Below the pieces are notes generated by a model that made no database searches, had not been told where the DNA came from, and saw only the letters and a program-made list of their open reading frames with translations. Shown here in pieces: positions 8,321 to 18,461 of a stretch of DNA of 53,449 nucleotides. How positions within the stretch are numbered: position 1 is the first letter of the stretch; each line of letters opens with the position of its first letter. A program made the position numbers and the translations under genes. The stretch comes from an uncultured archaeon. GTDB taxonomy: Archaea > Asgardarchaeota > Heimdallarchaeia > Heimdallarchaeales > Kariarchaeaceae. The stretch lies in the NCBI GenBank assembly GCA_964645535.1, contig CAZYCQ010000015.1, positions 443 through 53,891 of the forward strand. Direction: 5' to 3'.

Positions 8321-10277
8321 GTGAAAGATATCCTGACCAATTGCAACGAACTTTCCATCCTACGGGTACCCAGACGGTGGTATCCGTTTGTTCAATGATC
8401 AGTGGTCCTGTCAATTCTGTGTCTTTTCCGAAATCGGTTCGAAGGAAGATATCGACATTACCGATCCCCATGACCTTTCTTGTTGCAATCGGCTTAGGAT
8501 TTACTTCTTCTTCTAGCTGATTCAAAACAGGATCGGGTTGAGCTATTTTCGCAGAGACTCTGAGAGTTACCAATTCGATGCGTTGTGTTCGGTCAACAAA
8601 TCCATACTCTTTTTCATGAGTTTGGAAAAAGGTCTCAGCCAATCTTCTTTTGTCATCACTCCATGGGATCGTGAGCTCAAACGATTGACCAATAAACCTT
8701 GCATCGACTGACCTTTTGATTTTTGGGTTCTGTAGCCTATCTGCCTCAATTTCTTTCAGAATATCCTGTTCAAGTTTTTCAAATTCCGTATTCAAGTCAC
8801 TCAAATCAGTTTCTTCCAATGCAAGCAAAATGCTCTTGCCCTTGTCATATCGATAATCTGCCGTCAACAACCCCAAAGCGGACCAAATACCCGGAAATGG
8901 CGGAACAATTACTTCCGGAATCTCCATAATCTCAGCTAGCTCTGCACCATGTACGGGCCCTGCACCTCCAAAGGCAAGAAGGGAATAATTTCGAGGATCA
9001 ACCCCCCGTTCAGTTGAAACTGCTCTTAAAGCTTGGGCAATATTCTCATGAAACACTCGTCTGATGCCATGAACTACGTCTTCAAATCCTATTCCTAAAG
9101 ATGCCGCCACATCATTGATTGCTTGACTGGAAAGAGACTTGTCCAGCATTATGGCTCCATCACCTAAATGATCGGGAAGGACTCCAAATAGTAGATCTGC
9201 ATCTGTAACTGTTGCATCTTTTCCGCCTCTGCCATATGCTGCTGGTCCCGGGTTGGCACCTGCACTCTGGGGACCCACTCTGAGGAGTCCTGCCGATGTC
9301 CAAGCGATTGAACCACCTCCTGCTCCTATGGTTTCTACATTGACGGATGGTATCATGACTGGCAAATTACCAAGTTTAAGACCATACTGACGATCTGCAA
9401 CCCCATTCGTTATTTGTGAAACGTCTGTTGACGTTCCTCCGATATCCAGCGAAATCAAATTCGGTTTGTTCAGCATCCTGCTGGTATATTCCGCCGCCAG
9501 CACCCCTCCAGCCAATCCAGAAACCATAAGCTCTACAGGTTTCGTGATGATTCTTCGAGGGACTGCTAGCCCCCCACTTGACTTGATGATCGCTATAATG
9601 GCATCTTTGCTATATTTATTTACTTTATTCTCCAATTTGGCAATGTAGGTTGAAATCAATGGTTTGACATAGGCGTCCATTACAGTTGTTGAAAATCGTT
9701 CATATTCTCGGTATTCCGGCACAATATTTGACGAAATGGAGATCGGTATCCCCAGATCCCTGATTTCCTGCTCAACTTTCTTTTCATGTACTGGATTGAG
9801 AAAACTGAAAAGGAAACCGATCGCTATGGATTCCGGATTTATCTCCTTGATTTTATCCTTGACATTTTTCAAATCTTCTGCATCCAATTTCTTTTCGACT
9901 GATCCATCAAACAGTATTCGTTCTGGAACAGGTAGTCTCATTTCAGCTTCTACAAGTGGTTTTGGGCGTGTTGGAATGATGGAATAGATGTCATCCCTAT
10001 TCTGCCGTCCGATTTCAATGACGTCCTTGAACCCTTCTGTAGTCAGAAACAATGTTCTCGCCCCTTTTCGTTCGAGAAGGGCATTGGTTGCAACTGTTGT
10101 GCCGTGCAAAAAGAAATCGAATTTACCTCCTTCAGTTTCCAGAATCTTCTCAACAGATTGAGTCGGATCATGAGGCGTGGATAAAACCTTGGTGATCTTT
10201 ATTTTTCCGTCTTGGAATGAGATTGCATCCGTAAAACTTCCGCCAATGTCCACTCCTATGAGATGGGATGTGACCAC
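8298..10277 (-). CDS. hyuA: Hydantoinase A / 5-oxoprolinase ATP-binding subunit
   Basis: GVDIGGSFTD, HGTTVATNALLERKG, EYREYERFSTT, DIGGTSTD, IGAGGGS, GPQSAGANPGP, AFGGAGPVH. Start moved to GTG 10277; the track's 10493 start would overlap the DCC gene. Confidence 0.93.
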   Translation of the reverse strand: MVTSHLIGVDIGGSFTDAISFQDGKIKITKVLSTPHDPTQSVEKILETEGGKFDFFLHGTTVATNALLERKGARTLFLTTEGFKDVIEIGRQNRDDIYSIIPTRPKPLVEAEMRLPVPERILFDGSVEKKLDAEDLKNVKDKIKEINPESIAIGFLFSFLNPVHEKKVEQEIRDLGIPISISSNIVPEYREYERFSTTVMDAYVKPLISTYIAKLENKVNKYSKDAIIAIIKSSGGLAVPRRIITKPVELMVSGLAGGVLAAEYTSRMLNKPNLISLDIGGTSTDVSQITNGVADRQYGLKLGNLPVMIPSVNVETIGAGGGSIAWTSAGLLRVGPQSAGANPGPAAYGRGGKDATVTDADLLFGVLPDHLGDGAIMLDKSLSSQAINDVAASLGIGFEDVVHGIRRVFHENIAQALRAVSTERGVDPRNYSLLAFGGAGPVHGAELAEIMEIPEVIVPPFPGIWSALGLLTADYRYDKGKSILLALEETDLSDLNTEFEKLEQDILKEIEADRLQNPKIKRSVDARFIGQSFELTIPWSDDKRRLAETFFQTHEKEYGFVDRTQRIELVTLRVSAKIAQPDPVLNQLEEEVNPKPIATRKVMGIGNVDIFLRTDFGKDTELTGPLIIEQTDTTVWVPVGWKVRCNWSGYLSLTRNLEG

Positions 10278-10294
10278 ATGCTCACATGAACCCG

Positions 10295-10678
10295 TTATGT
10301 TATAGAGTTTGCGGAAACTTGCAAATCTCCTGAACCTGTGGCTTTGCACTCTAGCTTTCTTCTTCGCTGAAAATGCCTCAATAATTTGGTTAAGAGATCC
10401 AATATTGGTGGAAATGAGGCAACTTTCTGTAATACAATTCCCATTGGAAGGAGACCTGCTAGGCGGACAATGGCTTCTTTCTCGGAAAACCATTCCCCTT
10501 CAACAACTACATGAAAACTGGTCCAGTATTCTTCAAATCCAAGTTTTGAAATTCCTGCTTTCATAATCTGAGAATGGTGCATGGGTACAACAATTGCTGT
10601 CCTTCGAACCAGTGGACGAAGAAATTTTGAAAATTTAGTGCAGACCGAGCAATCATCATCGTAGGTAATAATATTCAC
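10295..10678 (-). CDS. DCC1-like thiol-disulfide oxidoreductase family protein (DUF393)
   Basis: N-terminal YDDDCSVC is the DxxCxxC family motif, followed by SFHVV..G and a size of about 127 aa. Confidence 0.8.
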   Translation of the reverse strand: MNIITYDDDCSVCTKFSKFLRPLVRRTAIVVPMHHSQIMKAGISKLGFEEYWTSFHVVVEGEWFSEKEAIVRLAGLLPMGIVLQKVASFPPILDLLTKLLRHFQRRRKLECKATGSGDLQVSANSIT

Positions 10679-10779
10679 GAAAGATTCTTCCTAAAAATAC
10701 AGATTAAATTTTGCTTCCATCCAAATTTTTGTTCTATGGATGGCGAAATCAATTAAAAGTCTCTTTCAACAGGTAAAAC

Positions 10780-11682
10780 ATGAAACGGGCTGTCTCGATT
10801 TCCCTTGGTAGTAGTTCACGCGACCATAAGGGAACCATCGAACTTGGAGGGGAAACCATTGAGGTACAGCGTATCGGAACAAATGGGGATACCAAAAGGA
10901 TGCAAGAACTCTACCGGGATTTGGACGGTAAGGTCGATGCTTTTGGAGCAGGTGGCTTTCTGTTTGGTTTCCACGTCGAGGATCGTTTTTATGAATTGCG
11001 AACAGTAAAGAAACTGGTAAAATATGTCGAAAAAACTCCAATAGTCGATGGGAATGGTGTGAAAGATACCATTGAACGTCACTCATTGCAATCAGTTTGG
11101 CCAGAAATCCAAGATATATTTGAAAATAAACCCAAAACTGCTTTGGTGACTTCCGCCGTTGATAGGTATGGTATGGCGAAATCTGTTGCAGAAGCAGGCT
11201 TTGACATGGTATGCGGTGATTTCTATTTTGCGTTAGGCATTCCCATTAAGGTTCGAACCCTCAAAGGAGTCCAACGTCTTGCCCGGATGATCATGCCATT
11301 GATTTCCTTCTTCCCACTAAGTTGGCTATATCCACTGGGGGAAAAACAGGACAAAAGAACGCCAAAGCATACCAAACTGTTCAAAAATGCAACTCTCATT
11401 GCGGGAGACTTCCTTTACACAAAGAAATATTCTCCGGATGACATGAAAGGCAAAATCATTCTCACAAACACCACTACCCAAGAAGACCGTGATGATCTTT
11501 TCTCAAGAGGGGTCGAGGCAATCATCACAACCACTCCTGAAGTGGGAGGACGGTCATTCGGAACCAATGTGCTAGAAGCAGCAATTGTCGCTCACAAAGG
11601 TCTTGGAAGAGCCCTTTCTCCAGAAGAAATGAGAGTTGAAGTTGAAAAGTTGGGTTTGAAACCCCAAGTTCATTTCCCGTAG
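10780..11682 (+). CDS. Conserved protein of a family often auto-labelled 'quinate 5-dehydrogenase' (function unverified)
   Basis: Family motifs SISLGSSSRDH, RIGTNGD, LDGKVDAFG, VDGNGVK, AVDRYGMA, GDF and GRSFGTNVLEA, recalled from bacterial homologs. Confidence 0.65.
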   Translation: MKRAVSISLGSSSRDHKGTIELGGETIEVQRIGTNGDTKRMQELYRDLDGKVDAFGAGGFLFGFHVEDRFYELRTVKKLVKYVEKTPIVDGNGVKDTIERHSLQSVWPEIQDIFENKPKTALVTSAVDRYGMAKSVAEAGFDMVCGDFYFALGIPIKVRTLKGVQRLARMIMPLISFFPLSWLYPLGEKQDKRTPKHTKLFKNATLIAGDFLYTKKYSPDDMKGKIILTNTTTQEDRDDLFSRGVEAIITTTPEVGGRSFGTNVLEAAIVAHKGLGRALSPEEMRVEVEKLGLKPQVHFP

Positions 11683-11691
11683 GTGGTATAT

Positions 11692-12519
11692 ATGGATGAT
11701 AAGGTGCCATTCATCGTTCTTGCGGGAAGCCCTCCCGAAAGAGATGCCCTAATGGAATATGCAGACATTGATTACAAGGCATTGATTGATGTCAATGGGA
11801 AGACCATGCTGACGCGGGTTTTGGAAGCCATCAGGGATTCTGAACGTGCATCCTACATCCTTATTGTTGGTCTTCCTAAGCAACTTGTGGACTTGCCTCA
11901 GGGGATCGATTCAGACCGTGTAGGTTTTTATGAGATTGAAGGGAAACAGGTAGATAAAATCATCAAGTCATGTATGCATCTTCTATCACTTGGTAAAGAA
12001 GACCCATCTATCTTTCCAAGAGGGACGAACCATGCAGTAATTACCACCTCCGATATTCCTGCGATCAGTGGTGAAACGATTTCCAAATATTTGGATGAAT
12101 GCTTCTTGACAGATCATGCATTCTATTACTGCGTCGTTGATCGGGAACACATGGAATCCATGTTTCCCAATAGCGGACGATCTTGGATTAAAATGGACGG
12201 GAATCAATATTGCGGGGCAGATCTTGCTTTGTTTGATGTAACCTATGCTGAACAATCGTATGATATTCTGAAAATCATTACTGAAAACAGAAAGTCGTTC
12301 ACCAAAGCATTGTTCAAGGCTTCTCCTCTCACCTTTTTCAGATACATCCTCAAACTTGCCCGGATGAAGGATGTGGAACGGCTTATGACAAAGATTTTTG
12401 GTTTCCCATCTAAATTGATAATTGATGAAGACGCAAGAATTGCGTTTGATGTTGACAAACCGTTCCAGCTTGATATAATGCGATCCTTTCTCTCCTCATA
12501 TGAGGGGGGAACCCATTAA
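11692..12519 (+). CDS. MobA-like NTP transferase family protein
   Basis: IVLAG, KALIDVNGKTML, TSDIP and a C-terminal FDVDK. ATG 11692 lies after AGGTGG, immediately downstream of the previous gene. Confidence 0.75.
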   Translation: MDDKVPFIVLAGSPPERDALMEYADIDYKALIDVNGKTMLTRVLEAIRDSERASYILIVGLPKQLVDLPQGIDSDRVGFYEIEGKQVDKIIKSCMHLLSLGKEDPSIFPRGTNHAVITTSDIPAISGETISKYLDECFLTDHAFYYCVVDREHMESMFPNSGRSWIKMDGNQYCGADLALFDVTYAEQSYDILKIITENRKSFTKALFKASPLTFFRYILKLARMKDVERLMTKIFGFPSKLIIDEDARIAFDVDKPFQLDIMRSFLSSYEGGTH

Positions 12520-13818
12520 TGTACGTTGAATGAAATCATCTGCTATCTTCTGTAGGTTACGGGCCTCTTCCCTTGAAATTGTCTCCTTCATGAATTGGTA
12601 CTTGCTAAGGCTACGATCTACAGAGATATCATAAATCGATTTCTCATTGCCAATGACTTTATCTCCGATTCTACACCCACAGGCAACCGCGTCCAAGAAC
12701 AATTCTTTCATTTCATTAGAAACTGCCGCATGAACTAGATTCATTGCAATTTCCTCAATCGATCCATCAAGAGACCTGCTGGTGAATTCAAGCATTGCTG
12801 CAATAACCGCGCCTGCATTGGCGATAAAATCCGGAATTACTGTTATGCCTGCTTCTTCAAGGTACTTTCGTCCCGCATAAGTAAATGGGTAATTTGCAGA
12901 GGGAATCACGGCTTTGATCCCCGCAGCTTTGATTAGCTTTGCAATATCCAGATTGACTCTTTCCACTCTTGTTCCCGGAATTACAAAATCACAGCTCACT
13001 TCAAAAAGCCTATCCAACGGTTGAATTTCTAAATCTGTATCGAATATAAAATCATCCCCCTTCTCCTTGTATAATTTCAAGATCTTTTCAACAACAAAGC
13101 TGTCATCTTCACAGAATTCAGATTCTTTATGTGCAACAATTGTTCCATGCCTATTTGAGATGGCTCTCAACCGACATCTTCCTTCAAGAAGGGAGGCAAT
13201 TCCACTGGCCACCTTGCCAAATCCTTCCAATGTATATGATTTGCCATAAAGGGGGTCTATGTCTCGATTCATAGTTTCCAAGGCTGTAAACGTTTCCTCA
13301 ATTGCAACAACAACTCCGTAACCTGTAAGAACATTGTCCAATGGTAATCCGAATTTTTCAGAAAGTCGGGAAAGCAGTCCTTCCCTTGCAATTTCCTCCA
13401 AACCGTTCTTTCTGAGGGAATCCAGAAATGATGCCTCAGAGGTTCCCATATCCGGTCCGGTAACAAATACGATTTCTCCGGTACCATTCAAATTTCCCAT
13501 TACCTGCCAATCCTTTTCATTGATTTCAGAAATATTGATGCCTTTCAGGAGTGGGGAAATCTCTCCGATAAACTCATCAAGCTTTTTCTTATCAAATGGT
13601 TTATTGTCAATCCCTGCCTTTGCTCCAGTAAAAGGCAACATATACGTTGAAAGTTTGAGTGCCATGGATGTGGCCAATTTTTCAATCTCTTCCTTCGTCA
13701 CTCCTGGTTCCATCCTGATGCCACCAACAGCCAGTGGGAAGTCAAGATGCGAAAAGGAGACAATCCCTGATTTTGTTCTGATTGAAACAGGAGAAAATAA
13801 TGTTGCTTCATCCATCAA
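12496..13818 (-). CDS. Glu/Leu/Phe/Val dehydrogenase family protein (divergent)
   Basis: GGIRM, MALK...GAKAG, GPDMGT, TGYGV, EGFGKVA (NAD(P) binding), SANYP, PDFIANAGAV. Confidence 0.85.
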   Translation of the reverse strand: MMDEATLFSPVSIRTKSGIVSFSHLDFPLAVGGIRMEPGVTKEEIEKLATSMALKLSTYMLPFTGAKAGIDNKPFDKKKLDEFIGEISPLLKGINISEINEKDWQVMGNLNGTGEIVFVTGPDMGTSEASFLDSLRKNGLEEIAREGLLSRLSEKFGLPLDNVLTGYGVVVAIEETFTALETMNRDIDPLYGKSYTLEGFGKVASGIASLLEGRCRLRAISNRHGTIVAHKESEFCEDDSFVVEKILKLYKEKGDDFIFDTDLEIQPLDRLFEVSCDFVIPGTRVERVNLDIAKLIKAAGIKAVIPSANYPFTYAGRKYLEEAGITVIPDFIANAGAVIAAMLEFTSRSLDGSIEEIAMNLVHAAVSNEMKELFLDAVACGCRIGDKVIGNEKSIYDISVDRSLSKYQFMKETISREEARNLQKIADDFIQRTLMGSPLI

Positions 13819-13948
13819 TGGTTAATCGGGGTTTACAATTCAAATCTTGCGCTTCTTGCAATCCTCAAAATGTTTGTTTGCCACTTAAATCAAAAACTCT
13901 TTTGACAGACCATAAGATTATAACTCTCACCGTACAAATCGGAATAAT

Positions 13949-15166
13949 TTGGTCGACAAATTGAATATGGTTCGTCCTCCATTCCATAATTGGTACCTTC
14001 CCTTATTCGGGTTCTTCTATTTTGGACAGGGATATTCACTAGGGTCTCTAGCATTGATGTTTCCAATTTACATCCGAGACGTTCTTGGAGTCGCCAGTGA
14101 GGCAAAAACGATATTCATCAGCTCAATGCTTCTTTTTCCTTGGTACTTGAAATTTGTTTATGGCTTCGTTTCAGACAATTTTCCCATTGGAAAGTTTGGA
14201 AGACGAAAGCCATATCTTGTCATTGCCGCCGTATTGAGCTTTTATGGATGGATCACACTGCTGTTGCACGAAAGCGTAAACATGGGTTTCATTTTAAGTT
14301 CACTTTCTCTTGCTTTTGGTTCTGCCATTTCAGACACTGTCATTGATGGTCTAGGGGTGGAGATAACCCCGAGATCATATGTTTCCCGTTTGCAGGGGAC
14401 TGCTTGGGGAGGAAGGGGCTTAGGCATAGGTATGGCGGGGATTGCCTCATCCTTACTTGTCAAATTATATGGCTGGGCCGCAATGATGGAGGTATCTGCT
14501 TTCTTCGGGATTTCAATGGTCTTGGTCGTTCTTATCCTTCCTGAAGGGAAAATGCTCGTAAACCCACTTCCCTCTCAATCGTTGAATCATATTCGACAAA
14601 TGCTGCTTCATCAGGAAGCCAGTGCCAAAATCTTTTACCTTTTGTTTTCTGGAGCATCATTGGCCATCATTCCCTTGTTCTCCTTCCTCCTCAACAACGA
14701 TTTTGACTATGATGTCGTGGATTTTTCCATTCCTTCCTTTTTCTTTGCCTTTGGGGCATTTCTCGGTTCATTCTTGATGGCCATCATTTTCATAAAGAAA
14801 GAAACAAAATTGCAAGTGGTCATAGTTCATGTAATTTATTCGGCTACACTATTCATTGGGATTTTCCACCTTAAATTTAGAAGTTTTCTACCGATTGAAG
14901 CTTATTTTGTGGCACTAGGCATCGGTGCAGGATTGGTTGAATCCTTCCAATTGAAAGTCATCCAAGAAATTTCTCCCCAAAGAATTGAAGGAACTGCATT
15001 TGCCATTTGGACAGGAATTTCCAACATCGGACAGTTCATTTTGGGAGGAATTCTTCTTAGCCAACTAGCTGATTTTTTCCGGTTGTCGTTCTTGGAGATT
15101 CTACAATTCTCTCATTTCTTCCTAATCCTTGCAGTCATTGCCTTATTCAAAATCAATAGACACTAA
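13949..15166 (+). CDS. MFS transporter (BT1/AmpG-like)
   Basis: FPWYLKFVYGFVSDNFPIGKFGRRKPY, DTVIDG, about 12 TM segments. Start codon uncertain (13949 or 13967). Confidence 0.85.
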   Translation: MVDKLNMVRPPFHNWYLPLFGFFYFGQGYSLGSLALMFPIYIRDVLGVASEAKTIFISSMLLFPWYLKFVYGFVSDNFPIGKFGRRKPYLVIAAVLSFYGWITLLLHESVNMGFILSSLSLAFGSAISDTVIDGLGVEITPRSYVSRLQGTAWGGRGLGIGMAGIASSLLVKLYGWAAMMEVSAFFGISMVLVVLILPEGKMLVNPLPSQSLNHIRQMLLHQEASAKIFYLLFSGASLAIIPLFSFLLNNDFDYDVVDFSIPSFFFAFGAFLGSFLMAIIFIKKETKLQVVIVHVIYSATLFIGIFHLKFRSFLPIEAYFVALGIGAGLVESFQLKVIQEISPQRIEGTAFAIWTGISNIGQFILGGILLSQLADFFRLSFLEILQFSHFFLILAVIALFKINRH

Positions 15167-16230
15167 GACAGCCTGCTTGCGATATAGTAATCCTCAGAAT
15201 CATCAAAACTGTCATGGATGACAATTGCGTCCCTCCGTTTAAGAGATACGATGACAAATATTACATTGAGTCCCTTTAAATTGGGATTCTTGTCCAGTCT
15301 GAGTGTTTTCAAGGTAGGAATGGCATCCAAATCCGGAATGTAGACCAAGTCATTGGCATCAAGGGTCAAAGTATCTAATGGAAGCTTAATAATTGACTTG
15401 GGGAGCTTTCGTATTTGATTCCTTGAGAGATATAGGTATTTCAGACTCTTGCATTCCCCGATGGCCTCTGGAATTTCTGTAATCTGATTGTCTTGTAACC
15501 ATAGCATTTCAAGACCTTCAAGAAAACCGATTGTGCTTGGGATATTGTGGATTTTATTGTTGTGTGCAAACAATTGCCATAGATGTTTGAGCAGACCTAT
15601 GGTTTCTGGAATTGTACTTATTTCATTATGTTGAATAAAGAGCTTTCGCAACTGTGAAAGACGATCAATGTCTTCTGGGAGACAAACGATCTCATTGTTC
15701 TGTAGATGCAGAATTCTGAGATTTATCAGATTGGTCAAACTTTTTGGCAGATATCTGATCCGGTTATAGGAGAGATCAAGCTCCTTAAGTTTTGTAAGGT
15801 TACCAATACACTCTGGAATTTCCCTTAACTGATTTTTTCCAAGGCTTAGATATTCCAGATTGGTCAATTCTCCTATGGATTCAGGAATATCAGTAAGACG
15901 GTTCGACGTGAAGCTCAATCGCTTGAGGTTTTTCAGGTTGCCGATCTCCTCTGGAATGCGAAAAATATAGTTGTTGGATACAAACAGGTGCTTCAATTTC
16001 CTTAACTCAAAAATTTCAGGAGGTAGGTCATTGATCCCGGTGAAGGAAAGATGGAGTCCCTCCAAATTTTCGAAGAGCCCAATTTCTTTGGGGATGCGTT
16101 TGATGTATCTGTCTGTCAATCGTAAATAGATAAGGTCGCCATTTTCATCGAACTGGGATCTTTCATAGGTTTTGACACTTCCCCTAATAGAACAACCTAA
16201 GGCACGTTCCAATTCGGCAACCTTTGACAT
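15163..16230 (-). CDS. Leucine-rich repeat protein (about 12 repeats of 23 aa)
   Basis: Repeated LxxLxLxxNxI/LxxIPxxIG units, e.g. LKRLSFTSNRLTDIPESIG and LKELDLSYNRIRYLPKSLT. Confidence 0.95.
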   Translation of the reverse strand: MSKVAELERALGCSIRGSVKTYERSQFDENGDLIYLRLTDRYIKRIPKEIGLFENLEGLHLSFTGINDLPPEIFELRKLKHLFVSNNYIFRIPEEIGNLKNLKRLSFTSNRLTDIPESIGELTNLEYLSLGKNQLREIPECIGNLTKLKELDLSYNRIRYLPKSLTNLINLRILHLQNNEIVCLPEDIDRLSQLRKLFIQHNEISTIPETIGLLKHLWQLFAHNNKIHNIPSTIGFLEGLEMLWLQDNQITEIPEAIGECKSLKYLYLSRNQIRKLPKSIIKLPLDTLTLDANDLVYIPDLDAIPTLKTLRLDKNPNLKGLNVIFVIVSLKRRDAIVIHDSFDDSEDYYIASRLS

Positions 16231-16275
16231 TGATTATTATCATTCCGTAAACACTGATTAAAAAATTTGTCATAT

Positions 16276-16284
16276 AAAAAAAAA
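16276..16284 (-). terminator. Candidate oligo-U terminator of the MBL hydrolase gene
   Basis: A9 on the plus strand gives T9 on the minus strand, 13 nt past the stop at 16297. Confidence 0.4.
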
Positions 16285-16296
16285 TCTAATGTAAGG

Positions 16297-16947
16297 CTAG
16301 GGATTAAGAAAGGGGTTATGTTTCTTTTCAAACCCGATTGAAGAACCTGGACCATGACCTGGCCAGAACCAGACGTCCTCTGGAAGAATCTTGATAAGCT
16401 TTTCTAGCGATTTCTCCATCTCCATATGGTCGCTGAAAGGAAAATCTGTCCTGCCAATGGAATAGTTGAACAAAACATCTCCTGTGAAGGCCAATCTTGA
16501 ATCTTCTATGAAATATACTGTAGATCCTGGGGTGTGACCTGGTGTGTGGATCGCCTTGATCTGTATGCCTGCAATATCCAAAGTTTCATCAGGTTCGAAC
16601 CAGATATCTGGATCTGCAATCTGCTTCGATAGGATACCAAATTTTTGAGGCCATGTATTGAATTCTGGCAGGGCTTCTTTTTCCTCAATGTTCACATAGG
16701 TTTTTGCATTGGGAAACACTTTCTTGACATCACCCGCCCAACCAATATGGTCGAAATGACCATGGGTGATAAGGATATGGGCAATCCGAAATCCCTTGGC
16801 TTTGAGTTGTTTAGCTACACTGACTGCTTCCGGTCCTCCAGGATCCAATATCACTGCCTCGTCAGATCTTGCAAAAACGAAACAATTGGTACTGAGAGGA
16901 GAAAGAACATGATGTTCCCAAAGGGTCGCCCCAACAAGTTTCTCCAT
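16297..16947 (-). CDS. MBL-fold metallo-hydrolase, glyoxalase II/YcbL-like
   Basis: DPG, THGHFDHIG, HTPGHTPGS, FTGDVLF, SIGRTDF, PGHG, EKKHNPF. Confidence 0.92.
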   Translation of the reverse strand: MEKLVGATLWEHHVLSPLSTNCFVFARSDEAVILDPGGPEAVSVAKQLKAKGFRIAHILITHGHFDHIGWAGDVKKVFPNAKTYVNIEEKEALPEFNTWPQKFGILSKQIADPDIWFEPDETLDIAGIQIKAIHTPGHTPGSTVYFIEDSRLAFTGDVLFNYSIGRTDFPFSDHMEMEKSLEKLIKILPEDVWFWPGHGPGSSIGFEKKHNPFLNP

Positions 16948-16989
16948 GATCCCTTTTCATACTCTCAAAATATATGGTTTGTCACTTGC

Positions 16990-18414
16990 TCAAATTCCAA
17001 AGAAACCTTGTATTACAGGAAGTGCAACACCACCTAAGGCACTCAGTTTTGGCAGATATGATTTGACATAGAACGAAATGGATTTGGTGAATTTCATTTC
17101 TACACTTTGTCCCATCAATGTATTTCCATCCTTTTCTTCTACTTGGATCGTCACCACCTTATAGCCAAAGTTGTTGGGTTTTAACCTGAACCAAATGGTA
17201 TCTCCTACCTGCAAGATCCTATTCAATATTGTCAATATATCCTCTCCTGACGAAACAATCTCTGGTCTTTTTGCAGGAAGGTCAAAATCCAATGCATCCA
17301 ATCCAATGTTGACTTCTTGAAAATCTGGTTGGATCGAGTTTCTGTCTGCTCGTAAGGTAATCTTCACTTTTCTGCCTTTCTCATTGGTTTTATTGAGAAG
17401 ATAAACCAAAATCCCTGCGGATTCCTTGATGCTTCCCTGATTGGTTTTGGCAGAAACTGAAAAATACCGTGTTTTGTTTCTGAAAAAGTCATAGTTGTCC
17501 GTTAACTGTATCATCAGTCGATCAACTAGCCTGAACACTTCCGGAGCTTCCTTTTCAACCTTCAACAGAATTTTCTTGATTTCCGGAAAGGTCAGCCCTG
17601 TTTTCTTTCCAGTCAGGAATGCTTCAATGTCATCTTCACCAACAATTTCTATGAGCTCTTTTCTCAAAACCTCAACAGAAATAATTTCTGGAAGCCTATG
17701 ATGAAGATATGCCAGCAAAAGAACTTTTTCGATGGTTCTCTCAACCCTTGTTTTAGTATCTGTTTCCTCTTCGAAACTTGTTTCCATCATACGAGTGAGA
17801 TCATTGATCCATTCATCAATTTCCATGAACGTTGCAGGATCAAGATATGTCAGGAAAACATCTGTCAAGAGGTTGTCTAAGATCAACGGAAATATGTCTG
17901 GTTCATAAAACCCTATCAATCCTCCTGGTGAAAAACTGGTGTCTTCTGGATATTCAACGAGGAAAAGAACGCTGATGACAATAAATGCAAAGGCAATTGC
18001 TAATGTCGTAAGATTTCTCGTTTCAGTCAATCCCAGATATCTCACAAAGAAAAGTGCGAATGATATGATTGAACCAAATGTTATGGCAATTGACAGATTC
18101 CGAGCTCCTTTCAATGATGTTTTCAAATCCATGAACCCTCTTATTCCCTGAACTGGTTTGCCTTCCTTGAGATACTTTTTCACAGAGGCATTGAATGAGG
18201 TGTTCAACAGTATCCCATTAAGCGTATAAAAAAATGAAATCACCGAAAACAGAACCCAGAGATACAAAACAATATCTCCCTGCAATCCAGTCAGGCTTGT
18301 TTCATCAAAACCAATGGACAAGAGGAGGGAAAAAATCAGAACCCCTAAAATCGTCATTATCCATTTGTTAAAAGTTCGTGAGAGTTTGTTAATGACATTC
18401 AAAAGCGATGGCAT
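16990..18414 (-). CDS. Hypothetical membrane protein: about 4 N-terminal TM helices, a large soluble domain and a C-terminal hydrophobic tail
   Basis: Long ORF with hydrophobic stretches at the N-terminus; no recognisable catalytic motif. Confidence 0.65.
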   Translation of the reverse strand: MPSLLNVINKLSRTFNKWIMTILGVLIFSLLLSIGFDETSLTGLQGDIVLYLWVLFSVISFFYTLNGILLNTSFNASVKKYLKEGKPVQGIRGFMDLKTSLKGARNLSIAITFGSIISFALFFVRYLGLTETRNLTTLAIAFAFIVISVLFLVEYPEDTSFSPGGLIGFYEPDIFPLILDNLLTDVFLTYLDPATFMEIDEWINDLTRMMETSFEEETDTKTRVERTIEKVLLLAYLHHRLPEIISVEVLRKELIEIVGEDDIEAFLTGKKTGLTFPEIKKILLKVEKEAPEVFRLVDRLMIQLTDNYDFFRNKTRYFSVSAKTNQGSIKESAGILVYLLNKTNEKGRKVKITLRADRNSIQPDFQEVNIGLDALDFDLPAKRPEIVSSGEDILTILNRILQVGDTIWFRLKPNNFGYKVVTIQVEEKDGNTLMGQSVEMKFTKSISFYVKSYLPKLSALGGVALPVIQGFFGI

Positions 18415-18461
18415 TGAATGTTACATGATCGTTTTGATAAAAAAACTCTTGTTGGAAAAAA

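Noticed and set aside
10278-10493. 72-aa N-terminal extension of hydantoinase A in the ORF track
   Set aside because: It overlaps the DCC-family gene in another frame. Family homology starts at LIGVDIGG, so the start is GTG 10277.
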